Source: a virus (Duplodnaviria; Caudoviricetes). From it: DNA of 64,000 nt. The notes under the pieces were generated by a model. It made no database searches and was not told where the DNA came from. It saw only the letters and a list, made by a program, of their open reading frames with translations. How positions within the stretch are numbered: position 1 is the first letter of the stretch; each line of letters starts with the position of its first letter. Both the position numbers and the translations under genes were made by a program. The stretch lies in the IMG/VR virus record IMGVR_UViG_3300028327_000538, positions 1 through 64,000 of that record; one strand, given 5' to 3'. Of the stretch, positions 58,168-64,000 are shown piece after piece.

Positions 58168-59008
58168 GTGTTATATTTTATCATAAATATATGGAGGAGA
58201 ATATGTCAAACATAGACATAGATGAAGCTAAAGCTATTATTGAGGCTCTTGCTAAGATCTCACGTAAAAAAAGTGGTATCAGAAAATTGATGCTTACCTA
58301 CTTTTGGCGATTGTTTCTTTACTGATTTCGGTTACGGCGTTTCTTGTGGCTCTTCGTAACGCTGGGTTGATATAAATAACCAGTCGCAAAACAAATATGT
58401 AGTAGTAGGGTTAGTAAACGAAAAAGTTAAATGGTTTGCACATGCAACAGGGAAAGTTCTTAGCGAAAGACCCCAAAGAGGCGCCTGCATGAAAACCATC
58501 AGCGCCGCAGAGAAGCGATGGGAATACATAATGCAAGAAAGAAACAGCGGAATGGACTATTCACCAGACGGCGACTACAACAACGGGCCAACAATAACAT
58601 GGAAAATAGCCAAAATACTACCGCAAACAAGAAAAGAATTTGCCTACGAAATCATTTCAAGGATGCCCAATGGTTATTAGATGTGAGTTTTGTGGTATTG
58701 AGATTACAGATTCTGTATTAAATAAGAATTCTCCAGATTCTAACCTTTATGTATGTAAGGTATGCTTTAATAAGAAAATAACAGTTGAGACACTAAAGCG
58801 GAGGTTGAAAGATGTCTAAGTGTATACGCTGTAACAGCAATGCCATAAATCCTAATCTTCATGGCAGAGAGTCTGATGTCGATCTTGATTTGTGTGATGT
58901 GTGTTATTGGAGAAAAAGGGCGGAAGATTGTTCTTATGCGCTTGAAAAGTGTAATGATCAATTAGATTATTGGAGGAGTCTATCAAGACGGTATGCCAGG
59001 AACTTGAT

Positions 59009-59230
59009 ATGATTGTAGGTGATAGCCGATATAGAGATGGTATTCTTTCTGATGAGAATTTACTATGTGATTGGGAAGCAGATATTTTTGCCAGGGCATT
59101 TCTAATGCCTTCTAATAGAGTAAGGAAGTTTGTTGAAAAGAATGGTATTGATGTATTCCAAATTGCTAGTTATTTTAAAGTTCCTGTAGGCATAGCGTCT
59201 GAGAGATTGAAAGAATTGGGGTTACTGTAA
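59009..59230 (+). CDS. ImmA/IrrE-like C-terminal fragment
   Basis: EADIFARAFLMP...IASYFKVP..ASERLKEL; no HExxH. Confidence 0.55.
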   Translation: MIVGDSRYRDGILSDENLLCDWEADIFARAFLMPSNRVRKFVEKNGIDVFQIASYFKVPVGIASERLKELGLL

Positions 59231-59398
59231 AGTGTATAATATTAAAAACGGAGAAAAACATGTCGAACATTGATGAAATAATTGAGCGTTTCAGGAAGTC
59301 CCTTGAAGAATCTATAAAGAGGAAGGGCCGCCTTCATTGGTTTTTTGAAGTGTCTTACAAGAACAAAATGGAATGTTCTTCCCCAACTTCTGATAAAT

Positions 59399-59965
59399 TT
59401 AAGGGGGTGTCTCATGGTATATAACATTGCAAACAGGACATTGAAGCCACCAGCCACAATATTCCGTTTCAACTGGAATCAGTATGGCTTTTCTTATGCC
59501 GTTTTTGGTATCGTCGAAACATGGTTGGCAAAGATAGTGAAGTTCCTTCCGATTTTCCACGCTAGGTTGATACGCATAAACAGTCGTCCCGTTGGGGAGT
59601 TTCTTCAGCCTGTAATTCGATCTATCAGTCACAATTGCGTTAAGCTCAGTTTCTTTCTGGGTGATCTTTGCACTTTTTGCATTAAGCGCCAAATATTGCT
59701 CTTGCACCGTAAGGCTGGCGCTACGCAACTCCAAAAACCTTTGCTCTAGCTCATTTGCCGCCGCAGCTAATTTTTTCTTATTATTAGCAGACACTGCCGC
59801 CTTAATCAACGAAACCGACTCTTTGACGGCGGCGATAGCCGCTGTCAAAGTCTCTATGTTAAGCAAATCGCTCATTCCTTGCATCCTAGGCAATACCCAA
59901 GCATACCGTACTTTGGGTATTGCCTTTTTTACTTTTATGTCTAAACTATCCCTCTTAGGAGTCAT
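59399..59965 (-). CDS. Coiled-coil + Zn-ribbon hypothetical protein
   Basis: HYLCQPCF...LQCPVC; true start probably downstream (MSDLLN). Confidence 0.6.
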   Translation of the reverse strand: MTPKRDSLDIKVKKAIPKVRYAWVLPRMQGMSDLLNIETLTAAIAAVKESVSLIKAAVSANNKKKLAAAANELEQRFLELRSASLTVQEQYLALNAKSAKITQKETELNAIVTDRSNYRLKKLPNGTTVYAYQPSVENRKELHYLCQPCFDDTKNGIRKAILIPVETEYCGWWLQCPVCNVIYHETPP

Positions 59966-59967
59966 CT

Positions 59968-61284
59968 ATGAAATTCCATGCAATCTTCCTCGCTCTGTTG
60001 CTTCCGCTGGTTTCGTGCGGAAGTGGCGATAAGAATGAACCTGTAGTAACTCCGACGAGTATTACATTGGACAAAACGAATATCGTGCTTGCACCGCGTC
60101 ATATTACAACGCTCACTGCCACTGTTATCCCATACAACACAGCAACATGGACAAGCAACAACCCAGAAGTGGTTACAGTGAATGCAGCGGGGCAACTTAC
60201 AGCGGTATCAAAAGGAACATGCGATATTATTGTTACAGCTAAAGAAGGTAGAGCGGAGTGTAAAGTGATTGTGCCTGGGGGGTCGCCTGATTTTAATTGG
60301 TTGGCTGTGGGAGAGGATCAGGGGCAAGCTGTCATCTGGACAGACAAAGGGGCGCATAACCTTGGGAGCGGCGTGGCAAAATCAATCTCCAAATCCAACG
60401 ATGGCACATTATTTGTAGCTGGAGAATCAAATGATATTCCGGTGATTTGGGTGGGCAACAACTTTGAAAAGCAACCGTTAAGTAATGCTAAAGGCAAAGC
60501 AAACTTTTCTTATATCTCCAACAACGACCTGTATATTGCGGGGCAAACAAATCAACAGGCAGTATATTGGAAGAATGGGGGAGAGGTTGTATTGTCTAGT
60601 CCGTCTTCGGGCCATGTGTTACTAAATTCAGAAGCTACATCTATAACAATAACTCCAGAAGGTGTATATGTAGTCGGTTCAGGCGAATTCAGTCGTTTGC
60701 TTGACTATGTGCCAGAAACAGGCAAGATACAAACTGCCCAGAGATGGCTCCCTGGGATTACATACGCCCTCACAACATATGCTTCAATGCCTAACGGCGA
60801 AGTTGTAGAAACCATAATGTATAAAATCAGAAGTATCAATGATGGCTCTATTATTTCATTGTATAATTACTATGACATACATAAAACAAACCGCTATACA
60901 ACTTTAAAGAGTGTACGAGGAGATAACCTCAGTGGTGTTGAAGCAAGAATAGACTACAATAGAGACGACATTTGGGGGTATGATCTAACCCCTTACGGAG
61001 ATTTCAAAACCGTAGCATCCAGAGACAACACTGTTTTGGTCGCTACAAATATTGGGGTTTATAAAGTAACTCAAGTGCCAAATAAAGCATATGTTCAGCT
61101 TTATGGGGGATTTGACACGTCCCTGTTCCAATCAACTCTATTGCCTGGCTACGGCTATTCAAGAGTGGTCAGATTATTGGGTAATGATATTTATGCGGCT
61201 GGCAAAAACATCATCTACAAGAACGGAGCTATCCTAAATACATTAAGCCCCACTGCCGAGATTTACTCTTTGTTAGTCCAATAA
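59968..61284 (+). CDS. Lipoprotein with Big_2 Ig-like domain and beta-propeller-like repeats
   Basis: LVSC lipobox; TWTSNNPEVVTVNAAGQLTAVSKG; repeated YIAG...AVYWKNG. Confidence 0.8.
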   Translation: MKFHAIFLALLLPLVSCGSGDKNEPVVTPTSITLDKTNIVLAPRHITTLTATVIPYNTATWTSNNPEVVTVNAAGQLTAVSKGTCDIIVTAKEGRAECKVIVPGGSPDFNWLAVGEDQGQAVIWTDKGAHNLGSGVAKSISKSNDGTLFVAGESNDIPVIWVGNNFEKQPLSNAKGKANFSYISNNDLYIAGQTNQQAVYWKNGGEVVLSSPSSGHVLLNSEATSITITPEGVYVVGSGEFSRLLDYVPETGKIQTAQRWLPGITYALTTYASMPNGEVVETIMYKIRSINDGSIISLYNYYDIHKTNRYTTLKSVRGDNLSGVEARIDYNRDDIWGYDLTPYGDFKTVASRDNTVLVATNIGVYKVTQVPNKAYVQLYGGFDTSLFQSTLLPGYGYSRVVRLLGNDIYAAGKNIIYKNGAILNTLSPTAEIYSLLVQ

Positions 61285-61686
61285 CTACCTAAACACCCGC
61301 CAGTTCCCATATAGCACTGATTCTTCCAGGCCGGCGAGAACTTCTTCCATTGAAGCACCGGATCTTTCGGTTGAGGTAAATTTAATGCCCATTTCTTTTT
61401 TCAAGTGGGTTATCTTATCTTCAGTTGTAATAAGGGAAAGGAGGCGGTTTGAATAATACTGTGGGAACTGCGCGGAGTCGGTAATTTCGCTCAGTTGCGG
61501 AGCCTCTTTGTGCTTATCTGCATAGTCTTGATTGCATTTGTCACAGTCGTATGGGGTTGTATCGTCAACATAAACCACCAGCGGACCTCCAGGATATTCG
61601 GGTTTGGGGCCATACGGACACTCATACTTGTCATCCCAATCCAACGGGCACAAATCATCATGAAAAGTTTTGTTCATTTCTTCCAT
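61285..61686 (-). CDS. Hypothetical Cys-containing protein
   Basis: CPLDWDDKYECPY...CDKC. Confidence 0.55.
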   Translation of the reverse strand: MEEMNKTFHDDLCPLDWDDKYECPYGPKPEYPGGPLVVYVDDTTPYDCDKCNQDYADKHKEAPQLSEITDSAQFPQYYSNRLLSLITTEDKITHLKKEMGIKFTSTERSGASMEEVLAGLEESVLYGNWRVFR

Positions 61687-61738
61687 CCTTGGGGATATGA
61701 TAATATGTTATGATAACATTTTTTATAAGGAGTTTTAT

Positions 61739-62176
61739 ATGAGTAATAAAATTATGAAGCGCTATGCTCTGGTCGCAATCTTTTTTGTGTTTATCATAAT
61801 CGCTTCTCGCTTTTACCCCACCAACATCTCTTTAATAATTCTTTCCACTGCAACGGCTATTCCATTTACTATTATGAATATAGCTCTGTTACGGAATATC
61901 TTCAGGGAAATATCGGCACGCAGAATTTTTGTCAAGCGTATAGAATCTCTTTCTGTTTATGAGAGGGAGATATTAGATACCTACATCAAAAACCAAACAT
62001 GGTCGCTTTCTTATGTGAATCTTTCCCCTAATTTAACAAGGCTTATTGATGAAGGTATTTTGAAGCGTCTCGTTATGCCTTCCAAAGACATTGTGATAAG
62101 CGTTTCCGAGGCGACTATAGAATACTTCAGAGAATACGAGCGAGCGTCATTTGATCGCGTTACGGGAAAGGAATAA
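61739..62176 (+). CDS. Membrane protein, superinfection-exclusion-B-like
   Basis: Two TMDs, then IESLSVYEREIL...LIDEGIL winged-helix-like tail; TAAGGAG RBS. Confidence 0.45.
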   Translation: MSNKIMKRYALVAIFFVFIIIASRFYPTNISLIILSTATAIPFTIMNIALLRNIFREISARRIFVKRIESLSVYEREILDTYIKNQTWSLSYVNLSPNLTRLIDEGILKRLVMPSKDIVISVSEATIEYFREYERASFDRVTGKE

Positions 62177-62789
62177 AAGGCGATGTCTTTACCGCCTCGG
62201 CCTTTGAGCTAGAACTTCTAAAATCAACTATACAATTCCGATCTGCATTTTCCCAATACTGTTTTTTATGCAGAGGATTTTTGCTTTCTGTATTAACTAT
62301 CACAAGTTTCTGTCCAACTACGGAAACTGTATACGGTCTTGTTTTCATCTGATACGAACGTGCCGCTGTTTTACTCTTTGCGAAAAGCCTGCGGAATAGT
62401 TCGCGTATACTCATGTGAACCTCTCAACCTTTCGGTTAAAACAATCAACTTCAGAATAACAGCAACAAAATTAAGTGCCAACTAAAATGAAAACGTTCCT
62501 TTAAATCCTCGACACTGTTTGTTCGTACAGCACTGTATCCCCCTCCGGGTTCATCACGCGGATGATGTCATAAAAGTCAACCTGAAACGTGGCGTTGTCG
62601 CGGTTGTTGCCTGGTAGCGTGCAGATGAACTTCTTGTCCGCGTAGCCGACAAACAGCGCGTCCAGTATTGACGGGGATTTTATATACGCGTAATTCAGCG
62701 GCTTGAGCGTTATTATTGAGTTCAGTTGCAGGTTCTCGGCCAGGGCTTTTTCCGAGTTGTATGGGAATCTGTTGTCGAATAGCATGTCA

Positions 62790-63584
62790 TCACCATGTGT
62801 CAAGCGGTCTGCGTTCAACGACGGCCAACTGCAAACTGAACTGCGCCACCAGGTCGTTGCCCGCCTGGATTGAGAGCGCGAAATTTACAGGGTAGCCGCG
62901 ATAGAGCGCGTTGTTGCAGTAGAACTCGGCTATCCAGTTATTCTCGGCCAGCTTGGTTCCCCTCATGTAGTTTTCCCAGAGGTAAATCATGTTGGTCGTC
63001 CAGGGGTTCTCAATGGAGTTCTTCAGCATCCCGCTGATGGGGAGCATCTTGAGCCTGTCGCCAAAGAAGTTTATAACCGGCTTCTCAGATGTCTCGCTTA
63101 TTTGAACCCGCTCCTGGAAAGTGTCGTTGATGCCTGTGAGTATGAACTGCTTGAAGCGGTTATGATGGCTGGACGTGCCTGTGGTCATACCGGAATAACC
63201 CGCGCCCCGCTCAAGCTCGGTTCGGCTGAGCAAACTCGGAAAGACGACCTTCCCCTTGTCGTCATTCCGCACTATGCGTAAATAACTGATGCGCGGGGCG
63301 TCATCGCTGTCGTACGGACTGTCCGGCATGAGGTAACGAGCGCGGTTGTCGTCGTATTCGGCGGTGTCGAAAGAGCTTTTCCGCGGCAGCATGGAGTTTA
63401 TATCCGGGATGACCATAGCATTCGGCAACCCGGATATATAATCGCTCATGTCAGTTACCGGCATCTTCGGCGGCAACATGGAGTTTATATCAGGGATAAC
63501 CTTCGGCACCCTTGATATATAATCGCTCATGTCAGTCACCGGCGGACTGAGCCGCGATTCCATTAACGATTTAGGTTCGGGCAT
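62790..63584 (-). CDS. Tail/baseplate-associated protein with N-terminal tandem repeat
   Basis: FILTGI...QERVQI..T...FFGDR...ISGML...YRGY pattern. Confidence 0.55.
   Translation of the reverse strand: MPEPKSLMESRLSPPVTDMSDYISRVPKVIPDINSMLPPKMPVTDMSDYISGLPNAMVIPDINSMLPRKSSFDTAEYDDNRARYLMPDSPYDSDDAPRISYLRIVRNDDKGKVVFPSLLSRTELERGAGYSGMTTGTSSHHNRFKQFILTGINDTFQERVQISETSEKPVINFFGDRLKMLPISGMLKNSIENPWTTNMIYLWENYMRGTKLAENNWIAEFYCNNALYRGYPVNFALSIQAGNDLVAQFSLQLAVVERRPLDTW
63383..63543 (-). repeat. Two-copy in-frame tandem repeat (unit ~27 aa)
   Basis: PVTDMSDYISRVPKVIPDINSMLP / PVTDMSDYISGLPNAMVIPDINSMLP. Confidence 0.85.
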
Positions 63585-63940
63585 TAAGATGTCTCTCTTC
63601 TCCCGTTATTGTTGCTGAGAAGTTTGCTGCCCAAATAAAGACCGCCGCCTATAAGTCCGGCCTTACCCAAAGGAGTTTTCCAAGTTTTGGATAGCCAGCC
63701 CTCTGCGGCAGCCGGAGCAGCCGGAGCAGGCGGAGCAGCTTTAGGCTTGAGGACTAACTTCCCATAACGCTTTCCATTCTTAGTGACAGATTTAGCGGCA
63801 GCGGCAGGAGCAGGAGCAGGAGCTTGGGCAGCGGCAGGGTTGCTTTGTGTAGTATTCACGATAACACCTCCGCCTCTTTTCCCTTGTGGCAAATCATTTT
63901 TTAATCTGGAAGGAGCTTTTGGCTGTTCAATTCCAAACAT
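63584..63940 (-). CDS. Ala/Pro-rich protein with C-terminal Gly helix (may begin upstream)
   Basis: APAPAPAAAA linkers; GKAGLIGGGLYLG. Confidence 0.55.
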   Translation of the reverse strand: MFGIEQPKAPSRLKNDLPQGKRGGGVIVNTTQSNPAAAQAPAPAPAAAAKSVTKNGKRYGKLVLKPKAAPPAPAAPAAAEGWLSKTWKTPLGKAGLIGGGLYLGSKLLSNNNGRRETS

Positions 63941-64000
63941 AGATGTTCTATTGGGTTGAGTTCCCAGCGATCTGGTTGCTCGGTCGGCGCTTGCCCAGCC

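Larger units (their letters stand above)
6700..64000 (-). mobile_element. Large myovirus-like prophage encoding its own fused beta-beta' RNA polymerase (left boundary approximate; continues past the window)
   Basis: Capsid, protease, terminase, baseplate, spanins, endolysin and RNAP on the minus strand, abutting host polysaccharide and TA genes. Confidence 0.85.

Noticed and set aside
58970-59230. Functional ImmA/IrrE protease controlling lysogeny
   Set aside because: Only the C-terminal part is present; no HExxH motif and no adjacent repressor
6977-64000. Alternative genetic code in the phage
   Set aside because: Long genes read through in code 11 and all three stop codons are used at coupled gene ends

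Overview
Positions 1 to ~6.6 kb are ordinary bacterial chromosome: the end of a surface-polysaccharide modification cluster (Fe-S aldo/keto reductase, pyruvyl transferase, radical SAM, two GT2s), then BrnT/BrnA and HicB/truncated HicA toxin-antitoxin loci with MITE-like ends. From ~6.7 kb to the window end the DNA is a large myovirus-like (pro)phage. Its core genes lie on the minus strand (endolysin, major capsid, prohead protease, terminase large subunit, spanins, baseplate). It also encodes a 1974-aa single-chain beta+beta' RNA polymerase with a variant SMDFDGD catalytic loop, no beta' N-terminal Zn ribbon and a remodelled rifampicin pocket. Features seen directly in the sequence: (i) a pervasive hydrophobic-x-K-x-A motif in head proteins and in glycine-zipper cargo-like proteins, two of which share an ITKVGNIL leader, suggesting a protease-processed virion cargo system; (ii) two promoter classes, a bipartite CGCAAA-N11-TTTTGTTATAAACAnTAT motif (3 copies) and extended -10 boxes 6-7 nt before ATG (leaderless); (iii) two paralogous fibre-tip-like genes with G/C homopolymer tracts after an identical MRYPQSNQLP start, one in frame and one frameshifted (candidate phase variation); (iv) a duplicated, unannotated 33-aa peptide gene; (v) a duplicated convergent pair of a K-x-A protein and a small membrane protein. 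No integrase, portal, sheath, DNA polymerase, tRNA or CRISPR array was recognised. All product calls are from motif recognition by eye, not database searches.
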